Made by a program: the position numbers and the translations under genes
Shown: one piece after another, positions 20,346 to 30,619 of the stretch
Numbering within the stretch: the stretch's first letter is position 1
Layout: each line of letters opens with the position of its first letter
IMG/VR virus record: IMGVR_UViG_3300025000_000053
Span: 1-64,000 of that record
Direction: 5' to 3' (one strand)
Length of the DNA stretch: 64,000 bases
The notes under the pieces: model-generated
Told to the model about the DNA's origin: nothing
Seen by the model: only the letters and a program-made list of their open reading frames with translations
The model's database searches: none

Positions 20346-21380
20346 ATGAAAAAACCACATCTTTCTGTACAATATAAAAAAGAGTTAGAGTTAGGTTGTG
20401 TTTTACCAAATCAATTTGATATTATATCAAAAGTTGGTAATTATGATGATGTAAAAGTTATTAATACTATTAAATTTCAGGAAGGTTCTGTTGAAGAATT
20501 TGGAATTAATGGTATTACTGAAGAGAGTTTATTATCAGTATTACTAATAAGATTTGAAGAGCTTCTTCAAAAGAGTCCTCTTTCTTGTGAAAAATATAAA
20601 CTATCATTAGAATTAGTAAATACACTATTACAATTATTAACAAAAACCGATGAAAATTATCTAATTCAAAATAACATAAGTAAAACAACTCTAAATCTTT
20701 TACTTGAAAAAAGAAAAGAAATTAAAGAAGAAATATTAACTAGAAAAATAACTCCAAAGCAGAGATTCATTAATCTTATTGATGAAGCTATTAAAAGGAA
20801 TATTAATCGTATTATGATTATTATACAGCAAATAGATAATTATGATTGTGAGCCAATTCATAATTATTATGGAAGTATGAATAATAATTGTTTTTCTGAT
20901 AAATTAAGATATAAGCTGATTGGTATTGAGACAGATGGGTTTAATACTTTAAAAAATGATATTATAGAAAATTTTGACGATGAATTAGTTCATAAAATAT
21001 TTAGTAAAACACTAATCTCTAGATTTTGTTATAGTAATTATATTGATAATGAATTCAATGAAAACATTTGTAAGTTATTAAATTTTAGACCATATAAACT
21101 CTATAATTCACCTAAAAAATGTTTATTAGATTATATTAAATACTCTGTTAGTATTCTTAGGAAATATATTGGTTATATTATAGAGGATTATAAAAAAGAA
21201 GTACGTCTTATAATGATTGATAATTTTTATGTACAAGACATAGAATTTATAAAAAGTCGTTTTAATGATGAATTAAATAATAAAAAAGAAACTCATTCTA
21301 TTATTGGATTTTATTCAAGTGATGATATTGATGAATTTAATAATATGATAGAAATAATGAAAAAAAGTAGATTTTATTAA
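20346..21380 (+). CDS. Protein with divergent N-terminal Tad1-like (Thoeris anti-defence sponge) domain and unknown C-terminal region
   Basis: TIKFQEG..E.GINGITEESLLSVLLIR...SPLSCE resembles Tad1 IKFQxG..GV..DLLxIVxDRL..GPFxxRE. Confidence 0.5.
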   Translation: MKKPHLSVQYKKELELGCVLPNQFDIISKVGNYDDVKVINTIKFQEGSVEEFGINGITEESLLSVLLIRFEELLQKSPLSCEKYKLSLELVNTLLQLLTKTDENYLIQNNISKTTLNLLLEKRKEIKEEILTRKITPKQRFINLIDEAIKRNINRIMIIIQQIDNYDCEPIHNYYGSMNNNCFSDKLRYKLIGIETDGFNTLKNDIIENFDDELVHKIFSKTLISRFCYSNYIDNEFNENICKLLNFRPYKLYNSPKKCLLDYIKYSVSILRKYIGYIIEDYKKEVRLIMIDNFYVQDIEFIKSRFNDELNNKKETHSIIGFYSSDDIDEFNNMIEIMKKSRFY

Positions 21381-21532
21381 AATAATTATGTATTAATAAA
21401 TCATAGTTTTAGTAGTATATAATTTATACTATAAACTATGATTTATTTTTTATAAAGAATTTAAATATATATTATATTGGTATAAGTTTTTATTATATAT
21501 AATAAAATATTTAAATTTTAGGGGGTATAAAA

Positions 21533-21790
21533 ATGGTAGGTAGAGGAACTGTGGGAGCTTTAAATAATTTAGTAAATGAATTTTGTGAAGTGTCTGAAGA
21601 CAAGTATAAAATAGTTAAGTTAAAAGAAAATATTAAATTCACTAGCAATTTTAAAGGAACAATTGAAGATTTAAAAAATGGTTTATTATATTTATTTGAA
21701 AAAAGCCATTCTGGTGATTGTCTTTGTCTATTGAATGATAGTCATTTAGTACTTGTTGATAGAAGAGATGTTTTAGATATAGTTTGTTAG
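21533..21790 (+). CDS. Hypothetical protein
   Basis: 85-aa ORF, early motif at 21466. Confidence 0.7.
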   Translation: MVGRGTVGALNNLVNEFCEVSEDKYKIVKLKENIKFTSNFKGTIEDLKNGLLYLFEKSHSGDCLCLLNDSHLVLVDRRDVLDIVC

Positions 21791-21827
21791 ATATATAATT
21801 TTATTGGGAGATGGAGGATGTAACTAA

Positions 21828-23786
21828 ATGAATGAGTTAAAAAAATTAGAATTACCAATTCATAATTATAGGGATGAAATTTTATCAGCTGTTAAAGAAA
21901 ATCCTGTTGTGATTATTACAGCTGAAACGGGTGCAGGTAAATCAACTCAAGTACCCCAATTCCTTATGGAAGAGGGATATAGGGTAGTTGTAACACAACC
22001 TAGAAGAATTAGTTGTACAACTTTAGCTTCAAGGGTAAGTGATGAGATTGGTTGTGAACTTGGAACTATAGTTGGATATCGTACAGCATATGATAGAAAA
22101 TGTAATGATGATACTGAAATATTATTTTGTACGGATGGTCTTCAACTTGTTCGTGAAATAAATAATAATGGCTTAACAGATGTTCTTATAATAGATGAAG
22201 TCCATGAATGGAATATTAATATTGAAACTTTAGTAGCATGGACTCATAAACAAATAGAAGAAGGATGGTCTATAAAAGTTATTTTAATGAGTGCTACACT
22301 TGAATCTAATGAATTGGCATTATTTTATGGTGAAGATACACCTATTATAAAAGTACCTGGGAGACTTTTTAATGTAACAAGTCAAGAAGATTCACACTAT
22401 AGATTAATTTATAATATTGAAAACCTTGTTAAAGAAGGTCGTAATGTTCTCGTATTCTTACCAGGTAAAAAAGAAATCGAAGAAACTTGTGATGAGTTAA
22501 AATATTCTCAAGCAATAGTTTTACCCCTTCATGCTGAACTTGATTTAACTGAACAAGAAAAATGTTTTTTAACTTATGAACAACCTAAAGTTGTAGTTGC
22601 TACGAATGTTGCTCAGACTTCTATAACAATTCCAGATATTGATGCAGTTGTTGATTCTGGAGTAGAAAGAAGGGTTGAGCTCGTCGATAATATAGAAGGT
22701 TTATATTTAAAAGATATTAGTCAAGCGGACTGTTTACAACGTAAAGGTAGAGCTGGAAGAGTAAAAGAAGGTATTTATATACTTTGCTCGGATGTATCAT
22801 TTAAAGAACGTCCAGTTTTCTCTATATCTGAGATAAATAGATCTAGATTAGATCAATTATTTTTACGCCTTGCTGTTGTAGGCATTGATGCAACAAAACT
22901 AGAATTTTTCCATCAACCAAATATAGAAGATCTACTTGAAGCTAAAAGAACTCTCCATGTTTTAGGTGCCATGTTAGATGATAAAGTAACCACTATCGGT
23001 AGACTCATGGGAAAATTACCAGTATCAGTTCATATAGCTAGAATGATTGTTGAAGCCGATAAACTTGGAGTTGTTGATGATGTAATAACAATTGCATCTA
23101 TATTGGAAACATACACTGGAACTCTTCGTGATAGAAATGGTAGATGGTTATCTTTTACATCAGAACGTAAAAGTGATTTATTAGTAGAACTCGATCTATG
23201 GAATTTAGCACAAGGTAAATTAGCAAAAGACCTTCATGAATTCGGTATATTTAAAAAATCTTATTATAAAGCAAGAGAAATTCGTAATAAACTATATAAA
23301 TCACTAAATGGATTAGTACAATTTGGCTCTAACGGTAAACGTGAATCTATTATGCAATCATGTGTTGCTGGTATGATAGATCATGTATATTTTAATAGTT
23401 TCATCGGATACCAAAATAGTAAAGATACCATTGGGCGTAATATATCGAAAGATAGTGTTACTAATATTTATGGTGGGAGTAAATTAATTGTAGGTCTACC
23501 AAAAGATATTCAATTTATTGGAAGATGGGGTAATAAATGTATTATAAATTTAGTTTCAATGTGTACGGAGATTGATGCAGAGCAATTAATTAAAGTAGCC
23601 CCACAGTTTATCCAAATTAAAGAGGGTATCAATCCTTTTTATAGTGTTGAACAAGATTCATGTTATTCAACAAAAAGAATTTTGTTTAATGATCAATTAA
23701 TTAAAGAAGAAATTGTTAAAAGTCCAGAACATGAAAAAGCAAGTGAACTTTTTATAAATTGGCTCGCTTGTAACATGGTTATATAA
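21828..23786 (+). CDS. HrpA/HrpB-like DEAH-box (DEVH) RNA helicase
   Basis: AETGAGKSTQVPQ, TQPRR, DEVHE, MSAT, ATNVAQTSITIP, QRKGRAGR, HA2-like GRLMGKLPV. Confidence 0.9.
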   Translation: MNELKKLELPIHNYRDEILSAVKENPVVIITAETGAGKSTQVPQFLMEEGYRVVVTQPRRISCTTLASRVSDEIGCELGTIVGYRTAYDRKCNDDTEILFCTDGLQLVREINNNGLTDVLIIDEVHEWNINIETLVAWTHKQIEEGWSIKVILMSATLESNELALFYGEDTPIIKVPGRLFNVTSQEDSHYRLIYNIENLVKEGRNVLVFLPGKKEIEETCDELKYSQAIVLPLHAELDLTEQEKCFLTYEQPKVVVATNVAQTSITIPDIDAVVDSGVERRVELVDNIEGLYLKDISQADCLQRKGRAGRVKEGIYILCSDVSFKERPVFSISEINRSRLDQLFLRLAVVGIDATKLEFFHQPNIEDLLEAKRTLHVLGAMLDDKVTTIGRLMGKLPVSVHIARMIVEADKLGVVDDVITIASILETYTGTLRDRNGRWLSFTSERKSDLLVELDLWNLAQGKLAKDLHEFGIFKKSYYKAREIRNKLYKSLNGLVQFGSNGKRESIMQSCVAGMIDHVYFNSFIGYQNSKDTIGRNISKDSVTNIYGGSKLIVGLPKDIQFIGRWGNKCIINLVSMCTEIDAEQLIKVAPQFIQIKEGINPFYSVEQDSCYSTKRILFNDQLIKEEIVKSPEHEKASELFINWLACNMVI

Positions 23787-23809
23787 AAATAAAGGAGTGT
23801 GATAATAAT

Positions 23810-24826
23810 ATGAATTTATCCTCTATAATAGTATACAATCAACAAATACAACTGAATGCCCGAAAATTTAATATTCAGGCAGGTGAAGACATTTTTCCAA
23901 TAATGTCTAAATCTCAATGGAAAGAACACTTAACTAATCTATTAAATGGTGCAAGAAATTTATCAGAAATTATAGATTTAAGTATTCTTCAGATTCCTCA
24001 ATTAGATTCAGAATTAATTGAGATAATAAAAGAATTTAATCCTGATTTTATTACAGTTGACAATAATATTCTACATATAGAATATGGTAAAGAAGATGAT
24101 AAATACTATTGTCGAACTAATGTTGACGAAAATTTTGCACGTAATACTATATTAGATAATATAGTATTACCTGGAGGTCGTATTGTTGAAATTTATTGTA
24201 ATAATATTTCAGCCAATAATTTTATAAATTTAGTAGAAAAAATCGAGGGTGAACGAATAAAAAGACGTTTATCTCAGATTTCAACTAAATATGAAAAATG
24301 GACATCTAAATTAGACAATGTGTTGGAATGGATACCAGAAATTGGTTCCAAAGTTGAAATTACACGTAAGGATAATGGAAAGGGTGAACCAATCAACGGT
24401 TTTATAACATTGAAAATGGAACACAATGGGTGGACAAAATTTATTACAGAAGATGATAGATATAAAGTGATTGTTGATACCCAAAGTATTATTGAACAAA
24501 TAATGAAATTATTTGTTGACGAGATTTTTACAATAAATAGAGAAGACCCATGGTACAAAAATGAAGGAAGCTTTTTTTCAAATTGGCGATTAACTGAATT
24601 GGGTCAACGATTGCTAGATAAATTTAATGAACTTGCTAATGTTGACTATATTGAAAACTTATCTATTAATAATATAATAGATAGGATTAATAATATTAAA
24701 GGTCTTATATCATCTACTAAAAATGAAATTGAATTTGGTGGAAAGGATAAAGCAATAAAAAATCTTAATAATTCTATAGAATTATTAAGAGATTCTTTTA
24801 ATGCAAGTAAATGTTATAAAAAATAA
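23810..24826 (+). CDS. Hypothetical protein, possibly the separated C-terminal part of the helicase
   Basis: 338-aa ORF directly downstream with own RBS. Confidence 0.65.
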   Translation: MNLSSIIVYNQQIQLNARKFNIQAGEDIFPIMSKSQWKEHLTNLLNGARNLSEIIDLSILQIPQLDSELIEIIKEFNPDFITVDNNILHIEYGKEDDKYYCRTNVDENFARNTILDNIVLPGGRIVEIYCNNISANNFINLVEKIEGERIKRRLSQISTKYEKWTSKLDNVLEWIPEIGSKVEITRKDNGKGEPINGFITLKMEHNGWTKFITEDDRYKVIVDTQSIIEQIMKLFVDEIFTINREDPWYKNEGSFFSNWRLTELGQRLLDKFNELANVDYIENLSINNIIDRINNIKGLISSTKNEIEFGGKDKAIKNLNNSIELLRDSFNASKCYKK

Positions 24827-24845
24827 AAAAAGGGGCTGTTTTATA

Positions 24846-25280
24846 ATGTTATCCCATCAAGTTGCATCAGTTTTTATCATTAATGATAAAAATGAAATTC
24901 TATTAATTAATCACAAAAAACTTATTGTTTGGCTTCCACCAGGCGGTCATGTTGAACATGAAAAAAATGAATTAATTCATCATGCTGCAATTAGAGAAGT
25001 GATGGAAGAGACTGGTGTTCATTTTAAGTTTATAAGTGGTGGGAAAGGTGATATGAATAAAGTATTAGGTTCATTACCTTTACCCTCATTTATTCAACTA
25101 GAAGATTTAGGCGATCATTATCATGAAGACTTTATTTATGTTGGACTATTTGTTTCAAATGATATACCTAAAGAAGCTACAGAAATTAAATGGTTTAACA
25201 AAGAAAGTATTAATTCAATTAATACTTTTGAACATGTTAAAAGACATCTTCAAATAATTTGTAATAGATATTTTATTTAA
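24846..25280 (+). CDS. Nudix hydrolase
   Basis: PGGHVE...AAIREVMEETG Nudix box; ATG 24846 after AGGGG. Confidence 0.88.
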   Translation: MLSHQVASVFIINDKNEILLINHKKLIVWLPPGGHVEHEKNELIHHAAIREVMEETGVHFKFISGGKGDMNKVLGSLPLPSFIQLEDLGDHYHEDFIYVGLFVSNDIPKEATEIKWFNKESINSINTFEHVKRHLQIICNRYFI

Positions 25281-25431
25281 TAAAAATAAAGGAGAGAAAA
25301 TCTCCTTTATTTTTTTCGTATGTTTGTACTATTCATTTATATATTATATTAACATAATAGGATATAATACACACTAAAAATATATATTAAATATATCTTA
25401 TTAAAAAATAAAAAGAGGGGGAATTTTTTGT

Positions 25432-26184
25432 ATGAGTAGAAAGTTATTGGTTAGTATTATTATCTGTTGTTTATTATGTATTTGTGGAGGTGCTTTTGCT
25501 AATCAACCAATAATTAAGATTGATCTTATTACTAGGGACTTTTCATCAACCCCCCTAGTAAATGAAAATGGTACTTTATTAGCTCCAGCTAAACCTATTG
25601 CTGAAGCATTTAGGGGGACTGTTAAAGGTACTGTTAATACTTGCTATGTGTATATAAATCGTGGTAATAAATGTGTTGTTTTGAATCCTACTAATATAGG
25701 GGAATATTATCTTCAAGAGGGTAAGTATGTTAAAAGTAAAGATACCTCAATTGCAGGACAAGTAATAAATGGAAATTTATATATACCTATAAGAGCTTAT
25801 GTTGAAGCTCTTGAAGGTAGAGTTCTATGGGATGGAACTAAAAATACTGTAATGGTTTATACTGATTCTGCTGATGTTAACTATTTTTTAAGTAAGCAAA
25901 AATTAGAACCATCCTCTAATCAAAATTCAGAATCTTCTAATGTAAGTGTATCAGAAAATTCACTAGATAGAAATGGTAATGAAATCCAAATAGGAGATAT
26001 TGTTTCATCTGGTGGATTTTATGGAAATGTGCAGCAAATAAATGGTAGTAGAATATTAGTTTATTGGGATAGTAAATCAGAATTCATTCCCGATAAAGAT
26101 ATTACTTTCTGGGCATCCATAAATGGAATTAGATATAAATCCAGTAATTGGGTTGATTCTAGTGGTGTATTAATAGAAAGATAA
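25432..26184 (+). CDS. Secreted protein with copper-amine-oxidase N-terminal (stalk)-like domain
   Basis: Signal peptide ending AFA; NGTLLAPAKPIAEAF and NGNLYIPIRAYVEALEGRVLWD repeats. Confidence 0.75.
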   Translation: MSRKLLVSIIICCLLCICGGAFANQPIIKIDLITRDFSSTPLVNENGTLLAPAKPIAEAFRGTVKGTVNTCYVYINRGNKCVVLNPTNIGEYYLQEGKYVKSKDTSIAGQVINGNLYIPIRAYVEALEGRVLWDGTKNTVMVYTDSADVNYFLSKQKLEPSSNQNSESSNVSVSENSLDRNGNEIQIGDIVSSGGFYGNVQQINGSRILVYWDSKSEFIPDKDITFWASINGIRYKSSNWVDSSGVLIER

Positions 26185-26347
26185 ATTTTTATTAATAAAA
26201 GAACTTTTAATTAAGTTCTTTTATTTTTTTAGTATTATTATATATTTTAAATATATATTATTTCATTGAATAAAATATTATTCCCACAATAAGGGGAAAT
26301 AAATATACTTATTGTATATATCTAAGATGATATATTTAGGAGGTGTA

Positions 26348-26425
26348 ATGAATTTTATCTCATCATTCTCAATTTCGTTAATTTGTTTCTGTGTTCCATA
26401 TATGTTTTTTAAACTTATATTTTAA
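26348..26425 (+). CDS. Small hydrophobic peptide (25 aa)
   Basis: AGGAGGTG RBS then MNFISSFSISLICFCVPYMFFKLIF*; downstream of early cassette at 26231-26261. Confidence 0.45.
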   Translation: MNFISSFSISLICFCVPYMFFKLIF

Positions 26426-26437
26426 GGGGGTATTAAA

Positions 26438-26878
26438 ATGAGTTCAATGAATACTCATCAATATGTAATTATAACTTTACCAAGTTCTATTTATGATTCT
26501 AGTAGGGAAGTGGCATCTTTATCATTAAAGAATTATATTTTTCAGTTTTGTCAAAAGCATGGAATTACTCCAGCTAAATTTCCTGTAGATATTTATAGCA
26601 CATATAACAAATGTCCAGAATATTACTGTGATGGTAGTAACCCATTTGAAATTATTGATGCTAATTTCGATGGAATAAAGTTAATTTCCAAAAAGGAAAA
26701 AGTTGAATTAGCTGTAGCCATTGAAACAAATTTACCATGTGAGAATATTGTTAGACTTTTTGAACTAAAAATTATTCAAGGGTTTTCAGTTCATGTTTTC
26801 GGCTCAATATTCCGTCATGATAACATATCGGGTTTATTAGCAAAGTTGTTCAAGATAATCAATGAAAAAAAGAAATAA
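26438..26878 (+). CDS. Hypothetical protein
   Basis: 146-aa ORF with RBS. Confidence 0.7.
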   Translation: MSSMNTHQYVIITLPSSIYDSSREVASLSLKNYIFQFCQKHGITPAKFPVDIYSTYNKCPEYYCDGSNPFEIIDANFDGIKLISKKEKVELAVAIETNLPCENIVRLFELKIIQGFSVHVFGSIFRHDNISGLLAKLFKIINEKKK

Positions 26879-27017
26879 AATTTTGTTCTTTGCCATTATC
26901 CAACACTAATAAAAAAGTGTTGGATACATGAAAAGAATTATAACGCTTGCAAGTGCGAAAATACTTGCATCGTCATTGTAATTAAAAAATATTACTTTGA
27001 CGTAAAAAGGAGGAAAA

Positions 27018-27545
27018 ATGAAAAATAATAGTTTTAAGAAATTAACAGAGCAAGAAAAGAAAGCAATGTTACTTGCTGTTATTGCCAAAAGAACTGAAGG
27101 TAAGTTAAGTAAAAGTCAGTTGGAATATATGGTTAGAGATATTCCAACAGATGTGCAATATAGCATTAAAGTAATAACTGATGCTAAAGAATTTGCAAAG
27201 GCTATTACTTTACCTGACTATGAAATGAAACATTCATGGGCAGGAGAAACAAAATGTAATGCTGAAACTAATATTTTATTAATTTCAGGTATAAAATTTG
27301 GTAGAACAAAACATTATCAATACCTTGATAATGGTAGTTTAACTAGTGAAGAAAAATGGAACTCTTTACCAGATTTTGATGTGAATGAAATTCATGCAGT
27401 TGCAGTTAGTATTCGGTCTTTTAGTGATTATAACAATGAACACTACAACAATACTGATAATTTCATTTATATTTATATACCTTCTAACATGGCCTTTATT
27501 GTGTCAAAAGAAGTTCAATATATTCTTGATAATTTCTCTATTTAG
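27018..27545 (+). CDS. Hypothetical protein
   Basis: 175-aa ORF with AGGAGG RBS. Confidence 0.75.
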   Translation: MKNNSFKKLTEQEKKAMLLAVIAKRTEGKLSKSQLEYMVRDIPTDVQYSIKVITDAKEFAKAITLPDYEMKHSWAGETKCNAETNILLISGIKFGRTKHYQYLDNGSLTSEEKWNSLPDFDVNEIHAVAVSIRSFSDYNNEHYNNTDNFIYIYIPSNMAFIVSKEVQYILDNFSI

Positions 27546-27610
27546 TTTTCATCGGTTTGGTGTTATCCGTTAAACACTAAATAAAAATTTTAATAAAATG
27601 AGGTGATGAT

Positions 27611-27784
27611 GTGATTAAAAGAATGACATGTGATGACTGTGGTAATACATTTTCAACTAATACAGAAAATGTAAATGACCAAGGTATGGTTCTTGATGTT
27701 CAGTGTAAATGTGGTAGTTGGGAAGTTAATATAGCCAAAGATGAAAAAGTTGAACAAATACTTCCTAAACATTTAAGGAAATAA
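27611..27784 (+). CDS. Small zinc-ribbon protein (57 aa)
   Basis: Below ORF-track cutoff; GAGGTG RBS; CDDC...CKCG. Confidence 0.65.
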   Translation: MIKRMTCDDCGNTFSTNTENVNDQGMVLDVQCKCGSWEVNIAKDEKVEQILPKHLRK

Positions 27785-27845
27785 TCAGATTTAATTAATA
27801 AGAGAACTTTTTAATAAGGTTCTCTTATTTTTTTTATACTAGGAG

Positions 27846-29294
27846 GTGTACTATATGAATATTATTAAGGCTAAACATACTTCAATTATTATTCCTAATT
27901 ATAATTTAGGTGATAATTTAACATTGGAACATAGTTTATCAGTTTGGAATGATAGTTATTATAGATATGATAATAAAGGCTTTTATTATAATAAAAGCAC
28001 TAAAGAATTATTATTACCAAGAGGTTTAGATTTAGGTTATTTAGAAAAAGTTTTTAATTTAAATATAGATATTGATTTTAAACCTGATCCATATGAAACA
28101 GTTTCATACAGATTAAAGGTAGAACCAAGAAATGATATACAAAGAAAATCTATTTGTTTTTTAATTGGAGAAGATGATTTTTCATATACTAAAAAATATT
28201 CTCAGTTAGCTTTAAATTTAGGTACTGGGGATGGAAAAACGTATACTGTTATAGCATCACTTTCATTTATAAGAACAAAAGCTATTATATTTACTCATGT
28301 TAATGAGTTAAAGAAACAATGGATAAAAGAGATTAAAAAATTTACTGATGTAATAGACTCTCAAATATGTAATATTAGTGGTGGAGCTACTATAAAAAAA
28401 ATATTAAAATCCGATAAGCTACCTTATAAAATTTATCTTGTTAATCATAGAACCATTAATAATTATGGTGAAACACATGGTTGGGATAAAGTGACTGAAT
28501 TATTTCAAAAGATTAAAGTTGGGGTTAAAGTTTATGATGAAGCCCATTTTGAATTTGATAATATAATAAAAACTGATTTACATACTAATACTAAAAAAAC
28601 TATTTATTTAACAGCTAATTTTGAGAGATCTGATTTTAAAGAAAATAAATTATTTAATTTATGTTTTAAGAATATTGCTAAGTATGGTGTTGAAACAAGA
28701 CATGAAAAAAGAAAGCATATTGTATATTTAGGTTTATTATTCAATAGTAAACCTGATATAGTTAACCAAGCTTCTATAAAGAAAAGACATGGATTTGATA
28801 AAAATACTTATATTGATTATCAAATAAAAAAAGGAAAGATATTTGATGTATTATTTTATATAATGTATTATTTTCATGATAAAGAAGGTAAGATGCTAGT
28901 ATTATCTTCTAAAATAGAATCTACTGAAGTAATAGCAAAATATTTAAAAGAAGAATTTCCTGAAAAAACTGTAGGTGTTTTTAATTCTACTATAAGTGAA
29001 AGTGATAAAATTAAAGCATTACAATGTGATATAATAAGTTCAACTCCTAAAAGTTTAGGAACTGGGTTAGATATACCTGATTTAAGATTTATTATTATGA
29101 CAGAACCATATAGTTCATCTATAACAGCTAACCAAACATCTGGTAGATTAAGAGAATTATCTCCAGAAATATATACTTTTTTTATTGAGTTGGTTGATAC
29201 TGGATTTAATAAAGTTCATAGTATGTATAAATCTAGAATGAAAATATTTAAACAAAAATGTGCTAAATTGGTTCAATTAAAATACACTGAATAA
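27846..29294 (+). CDS. Superfamily 2 DNA helicase (UvsW-like)
   Basis: GTGDGKT, YDEAH, LTA, GLDIPDL, QTSGRLR. Confidence 0.87.
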   Translation: MYYMNIIKAKHTSIIIPNYNLGDNLTLEHSLSVWNDSYYRYDNKGFYYNKSTKELLLPRGLDLGYLEKVFNLNIDIDFKPDPYETVSYRLKVEPRNDIQRKSICFLIGEDDFSYTKKYSQLALNLGTGDGKTYTVIASLSFIRTKAIIFTHVNELKKQWIKEIKKFTDVIDSQICNISGGATIKKILKSDKLPYKIYLVNHRTINNYGETHGWDKVTELFQKIKVGVKVYDEAHFEFDNIIKTDLHTNTKKTIYLTANFERSDFKENKLFNLCFKNIAKYGVETRHEKRKHIVYLGLLFNSKPDIVNQASIKKRHGFDKNTYIDYQIKKGKIFDVLFYIMYYFHDKEGKMLVLSSKIESTEVIAKYLKEEFPEKTVGVFNSTISESDKIKALQCDIISSTPKSLGTGLDIPDLRFIIMTEPYSSSITANQTSGRLRELSPEIYTFFIELVDTGFNKVHSMYKSRMKIFKQKCAKLVQLKYTE

Positions 29295-29343
29295 AATAAA
29301 TATATATTATTAAGTAGAATAAAAAATAAAGGGGTAGATAAAT

Positions 29344-29550
29344 GTGATTAATATTAAGAAAATTGAAGTATTAATGTATGAGATGACAATTACAGCAGAT
29401 GACATGTGTGAACTTTGGGAGATTATGAATACAATAAATAGAGGGGATTCAATAGGTACTGGTGTTATTAAGAGTGCTGAAAAATTTTTTAATAAACTTG
29501 AGGATATTAGACCCGGTGGTGGCTTTGAACAAAGAAAATATGTAAAGTAA
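29344..29550 (+). CDS. Hypothetical protein
   Basis: 68-aa ORF, early motif at 29301. Confidence 0.6.
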   Translation: MINIKKIEVLMYEMTITADDMCELWEIMNTINRGDSIGTGVIKSAEKFFNKLEDIRPGGGFEQRKYVK

Positions 29551-29599
29551 TAATTATATATGTCATAATATTTAATAAAAAATAGGAGGTTTATTATAA

Positions 29600-30181
29600 A
29601 TGAAACAATATCTTGTAACCTGCGGTATAATACCACAATCAGGTGAATGTAAATTTGGAGAAAAATGTACTCCTAAAATGTGCCCAAATTTTATACACAA
29701 TTTATCAGATAAACAAAAAATTATTGAGATTATTAAACATCATGTTATATTTAGTGATGATGAACTATTTGAGGAACACCGATTTGTTGGTAAAGCTGCA
29801 AATGGTAAGTATTTTTATTTATGGGGAGAAAAATATCTTACTGATGGTTTAATACCAGTAATAAATCTTGGAAATACAGATAGTGGTATTATGTATTTTA
29901 ATACTAAGGATGATGTTATCGAAGCATTTAATATTGTCCTTGAAATAATTGAATTTTCACAAAAAGAACTTCTTGGTAAAATATGTTTTAATAAACATTC
30001 GATTAGTCATAAAGCTGTAATAATAAATAGTAGTATTTGTTATTTAGATGAAGAAACAAATGAAATAAAGGTAATAGATAATAAGTTAAATTCTTTACTC
30101 TTTTGTACCATTAATAATTTATATTATGAAAATTATTTAAATCTATTTATGAAACTTAAATATGATGACTTGTTACCATAA
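29600..30181 (+). CDS. Hypothetical protein with N-terminal Cys cluster
   Basis: AGGAGG RBS; four Cys in first 30 aa. Confidence 0.7.
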   Translation: MKQYLVTCGIIPQSGECKFGEKCTPKMCPNFIHNLSDKQKIIEIIKHHVIFSDDELFEEHRFVGKAANGKYFYLWGEKYLTDGLIPVINLGNTDSGIMYFNTKDDVIEAFNIVLEIIEFSQKELLGKICFNKHSISHKAVIINSSICYLDEETNEIKVIDNKLNSLLFCTINNLYYENYLNLFMKLKYDDLLP

Positions 30182-30309
30182 ATATATAAAATAATAAGTG
30201 ATGATTATATAATCATCACTTATTATTTTTTTAGTATTTTTAACATAATACTTTATATATTATAAATACATATATAGAAAAGATTTAGTTGTATTGGAGG
30301 TGAGATTAG

Positions 30310-30576
30310 TTGAAAGCAAAAATAGAAACAAAAATAGGTTTAAATAAAGATGAATATATTAAATTCTTATCATTAACTGAAATAAGTTCAGGTGAATGGA
30401 TAGCACTAACTAATAACAATAGGGAATTAAGTATTACAGTAATTGATGGGAAAGAATTAACTGTTACTGTAAAAGAATCTAAAGAAATATTATTTAAAAT
30501 AATATTTCGTGGATGTGTAAATAGAATAGTTCTTATTAGAAATCTATTACAATTACATGGATATAAAATTGCTTAA
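30310..30576 (+). CDS. Hypothetical protein
   Basis: GGAGGTG RBS; early cassette 30233-30263. Confidence 0.7.
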   Translation: MKAKIETKIGLNKDEYIKFLSLTEISSGEWIALTNNNRELSITVIDGKELTVTVKESKEILFKIIFRGCVNRIVLIRNLLQLHGYKIA

Positions 30577-30619
30577 ATTTAAAAGTACAGTGATTTTTTC
30601 ACTGTACTTTATTTTTTTG

